NCBI RefSeq assembly: GCF_000020025.1 | Contig: NC_010628.1 | Location: 2,700,001-2,732,000 of the forward strand | DNA length: 32,000 nt | DNA from: Nostoc punctiforme PCC 73102 | GTDB taxonomy: Bacteria > Cyanobacteriota > Cyanobacteriia > Cyanobacteriales > Nostocaceae | Reading direction: 5' to 3' | Shown here: positions 1 to 8,889 of the stretch, in pieces | Position numbering within the stretch: the first letter of the stretch is position 1 | Layout of the letters: the number at the start of each line of letters is the position of its first letter | Position numbers and translations under genes: made by a program | Notes under the pieces: model-generated | The model's database searches: none | Told to the model about the DNA's origin: nothing | What the model saw: the letters and a program-made list of their open reading frames with translations, nothing else

Positions 1-1
1 G

Positions 2-3000
2 TTGTTGGCAGCGTTTGATACGCTACTTTACCGCTACACAGGTACGGAAGATATTTTGGTGGGTTCGCCAATTGCAAACCGTAATCGTAATGAAATTGAA
101 GGGTTAATTGGCTTTTTTGTCAATACTTTAGTGTTACGTACTGACTTATCAGGCAACCCCAGCTTTAGCGAATTACTTGGTCGCGTTCGATTAATGGCAA
201 TAGATGCTTATGCTCATCAGGACTTACCTTTTGAAATGCTAGTAGAAGTATTGCAGCCAGAACGGGATCTCAGTCATACACCACTTTTTCAAGTCATGTT
301 TGCCCTCCAGAATGTGCCTATGTCTGAGATAGAGCTTGCTGACTTAACTATCAGTTCTTTGCCAGTAGAAAGCGCAACTGCCAAGTTTGATTTGTTTTTA
401 TCAATACAGAACACTGGTACTTCTGCTGAGGCAGAGGCTTCTCCTAACGGAGACGCTACGCGAACGCCAACGACTACGCTCAGTACAAGTAATGGACTGG
501 TGGGTGTATGGGAATATAACACTGACTTATTTGATGCCAGCACAATTGAACGGATGACTGGACATTTTATGACATTGCTCTCTGGAATTGTTGCTAACCC
601 AGAGGAGCGGATTTCGCAATTGCCTTTGCTGTCACAGACAGAGCAACAGCAGTTATTAGTTGAATGGAACAATACTCTGACGGATTATCCCCGTGATAAA
701 TCTATCCATCAGTTGTTTGAGGAACAAGTAGAGCGTACACCCAATGCAGTGGCGGTGGAGTTTGTAGACGAGCGCAGCGAGGCTTCTCGGAGAGTAAATC
801 AACAACTGACTTACCACCAATTAAACTGCCGTGCTAACCAGTTGGCGCACTACCTGAAGTCTTTGGGAGTATCCGCAGATGTGCTGGTAGGCATTTGTGT
901 AGAGCGATCGCTAGAGATGGTAGTAGGACTACTTGGCATTCTCAAAGCTGGTGGGGCTTATGTGCCACTCGATCCAAACTACCCTCAAGAGCGTTTGGCT
1001 GTCATGTTAGAAGATGCTCAAGTTTCAGTGTTGTTAACCCAACATTCACTCCTCAACAGATTACCTCAGCATCAAGCTCACCTTGTCTTTTTGGATACTG
1101 ACTGGCAACTGATTTCTCAGTCTAGTCAGGATAATCTCATCTCTGATGTGCAAGCAACTAATTTGGCTTATGTAATTTATACCTCTGGTTCTACAGGTAA
1201 GCCTAAAGGTGTAGCCTTGAATCAGCTTGCTCTTTGCAATTTGATTCTGTGGCAACTGCAAAATAATACAATTTCCACTGGAGCAAAAACGCTGCAATTT
1301 GCTCCTATTAGCTTTGATGTCTCCTTCCAAGAAATGTTTTCTACCTGGTTTTCGGGAGGCACATTGTTCTTAATTACGGAGGAATTGCGCCGAGATACCT
1401 CAGCTTTGTTAGGTTTTCTCCAAGAAAAAGCTGTTGAGAGACTGTTTGTTCCCTTTGTTGCCTTACAGCAACTAGCTGAAGTCGCTGTTGGTAGTGAATT
1501 AGTTAATAGTCATCTGCGGGAAATCATTACTGCTGGGGAACAGTTGCAAATTACTCCCGCGATTTCTCAATGGTTAAGCAAACTAACCGATTGTACTTTG
1601 CACAATCATTACGGGCCATCGGAAAGCCATGTAATTATCACTTTTACTCTGAATAACTCAGTAGAGACTTGGCCGCTACTGCCTCCTATTGGCCGTCCCA
1701 TTGCTAACACGCAAATTTACATCCTGGATCAGTACCTACAGCCTGTACCCGTCGGTGTAGCAGGAGAATTGCACATTGGTGGTGTCTCTTTGGCGCAAGG
1801 CTACCTCAACCGACCAGAGTTAACACTTGAGAAATTCATCTCCAACCCCTTTAGCACTGACGGGCATTCACGCCTCTACAAAACAGGGGATTTAGCCCGC
1901 TATTTACCAGATGGCAACATTGAATACCTGGGACGTATTGACAATCAGGTTAAGGTGCGAGGCTTCCGCATTGAATTGGGAGAAGTTGAAGCAGTACTGA
2001 GCCAGCATGGAGATGTGGAGGGATGTTGTATCATTGCCCACGAAGATACGCCAGGTGATAAAAGGCTAGTTGCCTACGTGGTAGCACATCAGAACTCTAC
2101 ACCCACAATCAGCGAACTACGGCAATTCCTGAAAGCAAAGCTACCAGACTACATGGTGCCAAGCGCTTTTGTAATGTTGGAGTCAATGCCACTAACTCCT
2201 AGCGGCAAAGTAGACCGCCGTGCATTGCCTGCACCGGATTTACACAGCAGTAATTCAGACAAATATGTAGCTCCACGCAACCAAGTAGAACTGGAACTAA
2301 CGCAAATCTGGTCAAGAATTTTGAAAGTTGACAAAGTGGGAGTAAAAGATAATTTCTTTGACCTCGGTGGTCACTCTCTTTTAACTCCTTACTTAATGGC
2401 TCAAATTAAACAGCAGTTTGGTAAAAATATTGCGATCGCCAGCCTTTACCAAAATCCAACTATTGAACAATTGGCAACTATTGTACCATTCGATTCAGAT
2501 TCTAAGAGTGGATCTCCCTTGGTAATACTTCAGCCGCACGGTTCTAAGCCACCTTTGTTTTGTCTTCCAGGGGCTGCGGGCTATCCCTTTTACTTGTATG
2601 ATTTAGCCCGTTGTCTGGGTTCAGACCAACCATTTTACAGTTTCCAAGCAATTGCTCCTGGTGAAGGAGGAGAACTAATTACCCAAGTTGAGGATGTAGC
2701 CGCCCGTTATATTCAAGAACTCTTTGTTGTTCAACCACAGGGGCCGTATTTTTTAGCAGGGCATTCTTTTGGCGGTAAATTAGCCTTTGAAATGGCGCAG
2801 CAGTTACTTCGTAAAGGTTATAAGGTTGCTTTAGTTGCCATTCTTGATACTACAGCACCATTTCATCAGAAAAATCCATCAGCTTTTGATTTGGATAACA
2901 CTAAATGGTTGGCTGAATTAGCAGACACAATCGAAGTTGTTTACGGGAAAAAGATGGATTGTTCTGTTGATACTCTTCAATCTATGGTTTGGGAAGATCA

Positions 3001-3454
3001 GCTGAAATACGTTCTAGAAAGGTTAAAAAATGCTGACATCTTACCTCCTGACGATGAAATTACGCAGCTTAATAATATGGTGCAACTGCTCAAAGCTAAC
3101 GCTGTAGTGAATTATGTACCACAAGAGATTTATCCAACCAAAATTACTCTCTTACGCGCCAAGGAGAATGTCGTCAAGGTTAATGAATCTAATAGTGAAG
3201 TACTTTCTGATATTTTGCAGGATTCGCACTGGGGATGGAGCAAATTTTCTGCCGAACCAGTGAATGTCCATTTTGTCCCAGGTAATCATGTAACGATGAT
3301 GAATCTGCCCCATGTTCAGACCTTAGCGGAACAGTTGAAAGCTTGCATTGAGCAAGCACAAGAAGTTAGAGGCGATGGATATAAACCTGATTTTGATAAT
3401 CAGATTCGGCCTATTAAGTTTTTATCTAATCCACATCCTGTAGATATTAAGTGA
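2..3454 (+). CDS. nosD: Non-ribosomal peptide synthetase, terminal module (end of C domain - A domain with Pro-type code - PCP - thioesterase); 5' end lies outside the window
   Basis: The ORF is open to the window edge. EYNTDLFD marks the end of a condensation domain. A-domain cores are LAYVIYTSGSTGKPKG (A3), NHYGPSE (A5), YKTGDLARYLPDGNIEYLGRIDNQVKVRGFRIELGEVE (A7/A8) and PSGKVDRRAL (A10). The PCP motif is FFDLGGHSLL and the TE nucleophile is GHSFGG. Specificity residues aligned by hand (FDVSFQ -> D,V,Q; IITAG -> I,A; NHYGPSESHV -> H,V) match the proline code DVQxIAHV. The symbol comes only from synteny with the nostopeptolide cluster. Confidence 0.9.
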   Translation: MLAAFDTLLYRYTGTEDILVGSPIANRNRNEIEGLIGFFVNTLVLRTDLSGNPSFSELLGRVRLMAIDAYAHQDLPFEMLVEVLQPERDLSHTPLFQVMFALQNVPMSEIELADLTISSLPVESATAKFDLFLSIQNTGTSAEAEASPNGDATRTPTTTLSTSNGLVGVWEYNTDLFDASTIERMTGHFMTLLSGIVANPEERISQLPLLSQTEQQQLLVEWNNTLTDYPRDKSIHQLFEEQVERTPNAVAVEFVDERSEASRRVNQQLTYHQLNCRANQLAHYLKSLGVSADVLVGICVERSLEMVVGLLGILKAGGAYVPLDPNYPQERLAVMLEDAQVSVLLTQHSLLNRLPQHQAHLVFLDTDWQLISQSSQDNLISDVQATNLAYVIYTSGSTGKPKGVALNQLALCNLILWQLQNNTISTGAKTLQFAPISFDVSFQEMFSTWFSGGTLFLITEELRRDTSALLGFLQEKAVERLFVPFVALQQLAEVAVGSELVNSHLREIITAGEQLQITPAISQWLSKLTDCTLHNHYGPSESHVIITFTLNNSVETWPLLPPIGRPIANTQIYILDQYLQPVPVGVAGELHIGGVSLAQGYLNRPELTLEKFISNPFSTDGHSRLYKTGDLARYLPDGNIEYLGRIDNQVKVRGFRIELGEVEAVLSQHGDVEGCCIIAHEDTPGDKRLVAYVVAHQNSTPTISELRQFLKAKLPDYMVPSAFVMLESMPLTPSGKVDRRALPAPDLHSSNSDKYVAPRNQVELELTQIWSRILKVDKVGVKDNFFDLGGHSLLTPYLMAQIKQQFGKNIAIASLYQNPTIEQLATIVPFDSDSKSGSPLVILQPHGSKPPLFCLPGAAGYPFYLYDLARCLGSDQPFYSFQAIAPGEGGELITQVEDVAARYIQELFVVQPQGPYFLAGHSFGGKLAFEMAQQLLRKGYKVALVAILDTTAPFHQKNPSAFDLDNTKWLAELADTIEVVYGKKMDCSVDTLQSMVWEDQLKYVLERLKNADILPPDDEITQLNNMVQLLKANAVVNYVPQEIYPTKITLLRAKENVVKVNESNSEVLSDILQDSHWGWSKFSAEPVNVHFVPGNHVTMMNLPHVQTLAEQLKACIEQAQEVRGDGYKPDFDNQIRPIKFLSNPHPVDIK

Positions 3455-3493
3455 GTTAATTTGAGTTGAAATTTAAATGTAAGGAATTGTATT

Positions 3494-4291
3494 ATGGCTG
3501 CTACTTCTAACCAGATTAAATCCAAGGTTTGGGACAACAAGCAAGAGTATCACTTAACTATAGAGTCTTTAAGAATGCTGTTGGAAAACCGAATTCCTTT
3601 AATTCGGCTAAAAGAATTTGCTACACCCCAAGAGTGTGAAATATTAGTTGCTCAAGCTGAATTATTCAACTTCGACTGCTATCAAAATGTGAATCCCAAG
3701 ATTGAGCGAATTGGTATCACAGTGTTTGAATATAATCGCATTAGTAAAGCAGCTTATTTTCAAGCAGTAGAACGCACAACTAAATTAAGAGACTGCATTA
3801 TGGCAGCCTCTTTTAATCCATTAGAACGCTTAATGGTGAAAATTCAAGAGTGTACAGGCGCGACTGTACGAATTGCTTCGGAACCACTCTATGGTAGTTA
3901 TTATGCAGGACTGATCAGAAAAATAGAGCAGGGTACTCAACTTCATATTGATTATGCTCCGTTAGAACAATCAAAATGGGAAATTGGTACAGTTATTTAT
4001 CAACTTTCTTGGAATTTGTACTTGAAATTTTCTCCAAACAATCATGGTCAAACACGCATTTACGATCGCCAGTGGCAACCAGGAGATGAGCAATATAAAC
4101 TCGATTCCTACGGCTATGGTGATACAGTAATTGCAGATGCAGACACGATCGCCTTCCAACCTTATGTAGGAGATGTGTTCATTTTCAATACACGCAACTA
4201 TCACACTGTTGAGCCGATGGATGGACAACGTGTGACTTTCACCTCTGCGATCGGATTACTACCTAACGGTGAAATTATTTTGTGGTCTTGA
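3494..4291 (+). CDS. ldoA: Putative non-haem Fe(II)/2-oxoglutarate-type hydroxylase (candidate L-leucine 5-hydroxylase for 4-methylproline supply)
   Basis: The protein is 265 aa. It has a His-x-Asp (QLHIDYAP) and a distal His (NYHTVEP), which resembles a facial triad. It sits between a Pro-type NRPS module and the Zn-dehydrogenase/P5C-reductase pair (orf5 position of the nos cluster). An AAGGA Shine-Dalgarno-like motif lies upstream of the ATG. The functional call is an inference. Confidence 0.5.
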   Translation: MAATSNQIKSKVWDNKQEYHLTIESLRMLLENRIPLIRLKEFATPQECEILVAQAELFNFDCYQNVNPKIERIGITVFEYNRISKAAYFQAVERTTKLRDCIMAASFNPLERLMVKIQECTGATVRIASEPLYGSYYAGLIRKIEQGTQLHIDYAPLEQSKWEIGTVIYQLSWNLYLKFSPNNHGQTRIYDRQWQPGDEQYKLDSYGYGDTVIADADTIAFQPYVGDVFIFNTRNYHTVEPMDGQRVTFTSAIGLLPNGEIILWS

Positions 4292-4339
4292 AAGTGAGCA
4301 GCAGGAAGCAATTTGGTAAATATAGTGAGGAAGTGATTC

Positions 4340-5446
4340 ATGCCCTTAGCCGCTGTGATGACTGCACCTAATCAACCAGTTGAAGTGCAACAATTACCAG
4401 AGCCGATTCTGGAAAAGGGTGGAATCATTATTGAAACCTTATATTCTGAGGTTTGTGGAACTGATGTACATTTATTACATGGGCGTTTAGAGGGAGTACC
4501 ATATCCTATCATCCCTGGACACTTCTCAGTTGGTCGTGTGGTGGAAACAGGTGGAGCAGTTAGTGATGTCAATGGTAAATTAATTCAGCCTGGAGCGATC
4601 GCTACTTTTTTAGATGTCCACGAAACCTGTTACAACTGCTGGTATTGTCTAGTAGCCAAAGCATCCACTCGCTGTCCAAAACGTAAAGTTTATGGTGTCA
4701 CCTACTCAGCCAAAGATGGGTTGCTGGGTGGGTGGTCTGAATTAATTTACCTCAAACCAGGGGTTAAAGTTCTCACTTTACCCGAAGAAGTCTCACCAAA
4801 GCAATTCATTGCTGGAGGATGTGCTTTACCAACTGCACTACACGCTATTGATCGAGCGCAGATTCAAATTGGTGATGTCGTCGTGGTGCAGGGTTGCGGA
4901 CCTGTGGGTTTGAGTGCGGCAATTCTAGCTTTGCTCTCAGGTGCGGGCAAAGTAATTGTAATTGATAAATTTGAGAGCCGATTAGTAGTTGCAAAATCTT
5001 TCGGTGTAGATGAAACCCTTGCAATTAGGGCTGATGATCCACGACAACATATTGAGCGAGTTTTGGAATTAACCAACGGACACGGCGCTGATGTCACTAT
5101 TGAAGCTACAGGCATTCCTATTGCTGTCAAAGAGGGCTTAAATATGACCAGAAATGGAGGTCGCTATGTTATTGTCGGGCATTACACAAACACGGGTGAG
5201 ATTCTCATCAATCCACACTTAGAGATTAATCTAAAGCATATTGATATTCGCGGAACTTGGGGAATTGATTTCAGCCATTTTTATAGAATGATTGAATTAC
5301 TAAAACGTCATAGCGATTCCAGTAAAAATATTGCTTGGTCAAGCATAATTAGTCGTTCATATACACTAAAAGAAATTAATCAAGCACTCGTAGATGTAGA
5401 GCAAGGCTCTGTATTAAAAGCTGTGATTCAACCTAATCTGTCTTGA
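4340..5446 (+). CDS. nosE: Zinc-dependent medium-chain alcohol dehydrogenase (5-hydroxyleucine dehydrogenase type, 4-methylproline pathway)
   Basis: A catalytic-Zn Cys is present in EVCGTDVH, with a GHE-like GHFSVG motif. The structural Zn site is C-x2-C-x2-C-x7-C (CYNCWYCLVAKASTRC). The Rossmann motif is VVVQGCGPVG. It is adjacent to a ProC homologue and downstream of a Pro-type NRPS. Confidence 0.8.
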   Translation: MPLAAVMTAPNQPVEVQQLPEPILEKGGIIIETLYSEVCGTDVHLLHGRLEGVPYPIIPGHFSVGRVVETGGAVSDVNGKLIQPGAIATFLDVHETCYNCWYCLVAKASTRCPKRKVYGVTYSAKDGLLGGWSELIYLKPGVKVLTLPEEVSPKQFIAGGCALPTALHAIDRAQIQIGDVVVVQGCGPVGLSAAILALLSGAGKVIVIDKFESRLVVAKSFGVDETLAIRADDPRQHIERVLELTNGHGADVTIEATGIPIAVKEGLNMTRNGGRYVIVGHYTNTGEILINPHLEINLKHIDIRGTWGIDFSHFYRMIELLKRHSDSSKNIAWSSIISRSYTLKEINQALVDVEQGSVLKAVIQPNLS

Positions 5447-5485
5447 TGCCAAGATATCAAATGACTTAGATAATAGGGAGAAGAT

Positions 5486-6307
5486 ATGCTCGAAGATTTA
5501 CAAATTGCCTTTATCGGCGGTGGCACGATGGGCGAAATGATAATTAGTAGATTGTTATTAACGAAAATTGTTCCAAAAGCCGATCTAATTATAGTCAGCG
5601 ATCCAGTTTCTGCGCGATGCCTTCATTTAGAAAGGGAATATGGAGTACGTACTACAACCTCCAATATAGAAGCGGTTCTTGGCGCATCTATTGTGATATT
5701 AGCGGTGAAGCCGCAGGTTTTAGCAGAGGTTCTAGGTATGCTTAAGGATAAAATTCCACCTAATGCTTTAGTAATTAGTATTGTGAGTGGAGCGAATATT
5801 TCATCTCTGTGCCAAGGGTTGAATCATCCTGCTGTTGTCCGTACAATGCCCAATATTGCAGTACAAGTTGGTCATGGGACTACAGTGTGGAGTGCATCAT
5901 CAAGTGTGACAGAGATACAGCGATCGCATACCCAAGTCATTTTACAAGCATTAGGTAAGGAATTTACTACCCAAAATGAACATTACCTTGATATGGCAAC
6001 GGCGTTGAGTAGCGCGGGGACTGGATTTGTGTTTCTCTACATCGAAGCGATGATTGATGCTGGCGTTCAGATGGGTTTAACTCGGACACAAGCCCAAGAA
6101 CTAACATTGCATACGATTGCTGGTAGTGTAGAACTGATGTTTCAGACTCATGAACATCCAGCAGTTTTACGAAACAAGGTAACAAGCCCAGGGGGAGTCA
6201 CTGCTGCTGGTCTTTACGAGTTAGAAAAAGGTGGTATGAGAACTGTTATTTCTAATGCAGTACTTGCCGCTTTGAGCCGCAATCAACAATTAGGTAATAT
6301 CAGTTAA
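5486..6307 (+). CDS. nosF: Pyrroline-5-carboxylate reductase homologue (3-methyl-P5C reductase type, 4-methylproline pathway)
   Basis: The N-terminal Rossmann motif is IAFIGGGTMG. The C-terminal ProC signature is VTSPGGVTAAGL. A GGGAGA RBS lies upstream. The gene is paired with the Zn-dehydrogenase. Confidence 0.8.
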   Translation: MLEDLQIAFIGGGTMGEMIISRLLLTKIVPKADLIIVSDPVSARCLHLEREYGVRTTTSNIEAVLGASIVILAVKPQVLAEVLGMLKDKIPPNALVISIVSGANISSLCQGLNHPAVVRTMPNIAVQVGHGTTVWSASSSVTEIQRSHTQVILQALGKEFTTQNEHYLDMATALSSAGTGFVFLYIEAMIDAGVQMGLTRTQAQELTLHTIAGSVELMFQTHEHPAVLRNKVTSPGGVTAAGLYELEKGGMRTVISNAVLAALSRNQQLGNIS

Positions 6308-6409
6308 AAAATTAGCGCTGATTGGGGTTACTCATTTGGTACTTATTACTGATTATTCAACACTAAAAAGTATTAAAGCTGATAAAAGATTTTAATTTAT
6401 TTCTCAAAT

Positions 6410-8401
6410 ATGCCAACCCAAGTTGTTCAAGCTCAACCCTCAAAGAATGTTTTTTCAGATTTTATCCAATTCTGGGAAAATGCCAAAGCGATCGCTGGGC
6501 CTTACTGGTATCCAACAAAGCCAGGACAAAGAGCATTCTCAGACGTAATTCGTGCATGGGGAATGCTTATTCTCCTAATATTACTAATAATTGCATTTGT
6601 AGGTGTAACTGCTTTTAATAGTTTTATTAATCGCTACATAGTTGATATCATACTTCAAGAAAAAGATTATTCTAAATTTATTAATATTATATCTTTTTAT
6701 GCTGCTGGTCTTGTCTTGGTAACGCTTTTATTAGGATTTTCTAAATTTGTTAGGAAACAAATTGCTCTTGATTGGTACAAATGGCTTAATAATCAGATTT
6801 TAGATAAATATTTAAGCAATCGTGCTTATTATAAAATTAATTTTAAAGCTGATATTGATAACCCAGATCAACGTTTATCCCAAGAGATTGAACCAATTAC
6901 CAGTAATGTCCTCTATTTTTCAGCTACTTTTCTAGAAAAAGTACTGGAAATGATAACTTTTACAGCAATTATCTGGTCAATTTCCCAACAGATTGCTGTT
7001 GCTCTGGTTATTTACACAATTATGGGCAATTTGATTGCTGTCTACTTAAATCAAGAATTAAATAGTATTAATCAAGCAGAAATTGAATCTAAAGCTGACT
7101 ATAATTACTGCCTAACTCATGTTCGCACTCACGCTGAATCAATAGCTTTTTTTAGGGGAGAAAAACAAGAATTAAATATAATTGAACGCCGATTTACTAA
7201 GTTGATAACAAATATTAAACGCAAGATTGATTGGGAGAGAAATAGAGACATTTTTAACAGAGCATATCAGGTTGCCATAGAACTTTTTATGTTATTCATA
7301 CTTGCGCCTTTGTATATTAAAGGTGAAATTGATTTCGGACAAGTTGGACAAGCTAGTGTAGCTAGCTTTATGTTTGCTACTGCTTTGGGAGAACTAATAA
7401 CTGCTTTTGGCAGTTCTGGAAATTTTTCGAGTTACGTTGAGCGTTTAGCTGAGTTTTCGAGTGCGTTAGAAGAAGTGACTAAACAACCGGAGAATGTAAG
7501 CACTATTAAAATAATAGAAGAAAACCATCTTGCTTTTGAGAATGTTACCTTACAAACGCCTAACTATGAACAGGTAATCATCGAAGACTTGTCCTTGTCT
7601 GTTCAACCGGGAGAAGGTTTATTGATTGTTGGGCCAAGTGGTCGAGGTAAAAGTTCTTTATTGCGAGCGATCGCTGGTTTGTGGAATGCAGGAACTGGCC
7701 GTTTAGTGCGACCTCCATTAGAAGAAGTTTTATTTTTACCCCAACGTCCTTACATAATTTTGGGAACTTTGCGCGAACAATTGCTCTATCCTAATACCAG
7801 TCGTCAAATGACTGATGCAGAACTCAAAGAAGTTTTGCAACAGGTCAACCTACAAAACTTACTGAGTCGAGTCGATGGCTTTGATACAGAAGTTCCTTGG
7901 GAGAATATATTATCGATAGGAGAACAACAACGTTTGGCTTTTGCACGACTGTTAGTTACTCATCCTAGCTTTACTATATTGGATGAAGCAACGAGTGCTT
8001 TAGATTTGCAAAATGAAGGTAGTTTATATCAAAAGTTACAATCAACGAAAACAACATTTATCAGTGTTGGGCATCGGGAAAGTCTTTTTGATTATCATCA
8101 ATGGGTTTTGGAACTTTCACAAGATTCCAGCTGGCAACTTGTGACTGTGCAGGATTATCGAAATCAAAAAGCAATAAATATTCAAAGCACGTCTAATAAT
8201 GAGCCGCGAAGTCAATCACAAATATTGACGGAAACAATCACAAGTGAAAAGCTCACTCATAAGGAAATAAGTGAATTAACTAACTATTCCATTAGCACTA
8301 TTAGAAGTAAGGCAAGCAAAGGAGATTCTATTACTACTAGGGATGGCTTGACGTACCGCTATGACAAGAACTCAAGTGTGTTGAAATGGCTAAGAGTTTA
8401 G
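6410..8401 (+). CDS. nosG: Fused permease/ATPase ABC exporter (ABCD/SbmA-BacA-like membrane domain) with an about 80-aa C-terminal extension
   Basis: An N-terminal multi-TM domain carries the EAA-like block NPDQRLSQEIEP. Walker A is GPSGRGKSS, the signature motif is SIGEQQRLAFARL, and Walker B is FTILDEATSALD. It follows nosF as nosG does in the nos cluster. It is a close paralogue of 14430-16448. Confidence 0.85.
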   Translation: MPTQVVQAQPSKNVFSDFIQFWENAKAIAGPYWYPTKPGQRAFSDVIRAWGMLILLILLIIAFVGVTAFNSFINRYIVDIILQEKDYSKFINIISFYAAGLVLVTLLLGFSKFVRKQIALDWYKWLNNQILDKYLSNRAYYKINFKADIDNPDQRLSQEIEPITSNVLYFSATFLEKVLEMITFTAIIWSISQQIAVALVIYTIMGNLIAVYLNQELNSINQAEIESKADYNYCLTHVRTHAESIAFFRGEKQELNIIERRFTKLITNIKRKIDWERNRDIFNRAYQVAIELFMLFILAPLYIKGEIDFGQVGQASVASFMFATALGELITAFGSSGNFSSYVERLAEFSSALEEVTKQPENVSTIKIIEENHLAFENVTLQTPNYEQVIIEDLSLSVQPGEGLLIVGPSGRGKSSLLRAIAGLWNAGTGRLVRPPLEEVLFLPQRPYIILGTLREQLLYPNTSRQMTDAELKEVLQQVNLQNLLSRVDGFDTEVPWENILSIGEQQRLAFARLLVTHPSFTILDEATSALDLQNEGSLYQKLQSTKTTFISVGHRESLFDYHQWVLELSQDSSWQLVTVQDYRNQKAINIQSTSNNEPRSQSQILTETITSEKLTHKEISELTNYSISTIRSKASKGDSITTRDGLTYRYDKNSSVLKWLRV

Positions 8402-8488
8402 CAGTTAGACAATCTGTTCAGTCTGTTGAATTATCATTTGTGAAAGAATAGTTTTCTATTTTGATTTGTAAAAATCGTCCTTGCTCAG

Positions 8489-8520
8489 AACCCCGAGTTT
8501 TTTAAAAAATTGGGGTTTTT
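8489..8520 (+). terminator. Rho-independent terminator candidate after the first ABC gene
   Basis: AACCCCGA (8489-8496) pairs with TTGGGGTT (8510-8517). The loop is a self-complementary T6/A6 stretch. The hairpin is followed by a T-run ending at 8520, about 90 nt after the stop codon. Confidence 0.5.
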
Positions 8521-8722
8521 GTTGTTCACTAATGACTTATGACTGGTGTGTATAGAAATCTGGTTTATTATTAAACATAATTATGTATGAAAGAAGTTAA
8601 CAGCAAATAAAATAGGCAAGAGTAGGGGTGGGTTTAAAAATGTTATCAATTACTAATGATGATCTCGGCGAATTCGCCCTTACTTGTTCAATAATCAAAT
8701 AAAATTACTATGCTCTTGATTA

Positions 8723-8821
8723 CTTAACTTATAATTATTAAATAATTTTTTCTTAACTTTCTTAACTTTCTTAACTTTCCTAACTACCTTATAAAAATTA
8801 CTTCTTAACTGTCTTAACTGA
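8723..8821. repeat. Array of 9-bp CTTAACTTT-type repeats (7 copies, 4 in perfect tandem register)
   Basis: Copies are CTTAACTTA 8723-8731, CTTAACTTT x3 at 8752-8778, CCTAACTAC 8779-8787, CTTAACTGT 8804-8812 and CTTAACTGA 8813-8821. The array lies 70-170 nt upstream of the precursor ATG. Confidence 0.8.
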
Positions 8822-8889
8822 CCTTGAAAATATATTTAATTAATGATATATTTTTAGTTGAAAAATCAATTTAATTTCAGGAAAAATCT

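Noticed and set aside
289-1330. Minus-strand and alternative-frame ORFs inside the NRPS (289-672, 895-1101, 1061-1330, 2149-2334)
   Set aside because: They are fully embedded in a long ORF with unmistakable NRPS motifs. They have no motifs or RBS of their own, so they are frame shadows. The same reasoning applies to the other short overlapping track ORFs: 3971-4228, 4372-4572, 4864-5130, 5967-6185, 9890-10081, 10080-10301, 10310-10504, 12496-12750, 15812-15994, 16777-17226, 16919-17179, 17417-17617, 17650-17883, 18549-18731, 18905-19171, 20752-21343, 22043-22225, 22402-22767, 23642-23881, 24111-24296, 25168-25362, 25759-26040, 27316-27498, 27727-27933, 28429-28929 and 29135-29524.
8640-8702. 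20-codon ORF (MLSITNDDLGEFALTCSIIK) upstream of the microviridin precursor, considered as a second precursor or leader peptide
   Set aside because: It has no PFFARFL-like leader, no TxKxPSDxE core and no convincing RBS. It is too short to assess, so I treat it as chance.
8723-8821. Nonamer repeat array as a CRISPR array
   Set aside because: The units are 9 bp and contiguous with no spacers. No cas genes are present, and the repeat length is far below CRISPR range.
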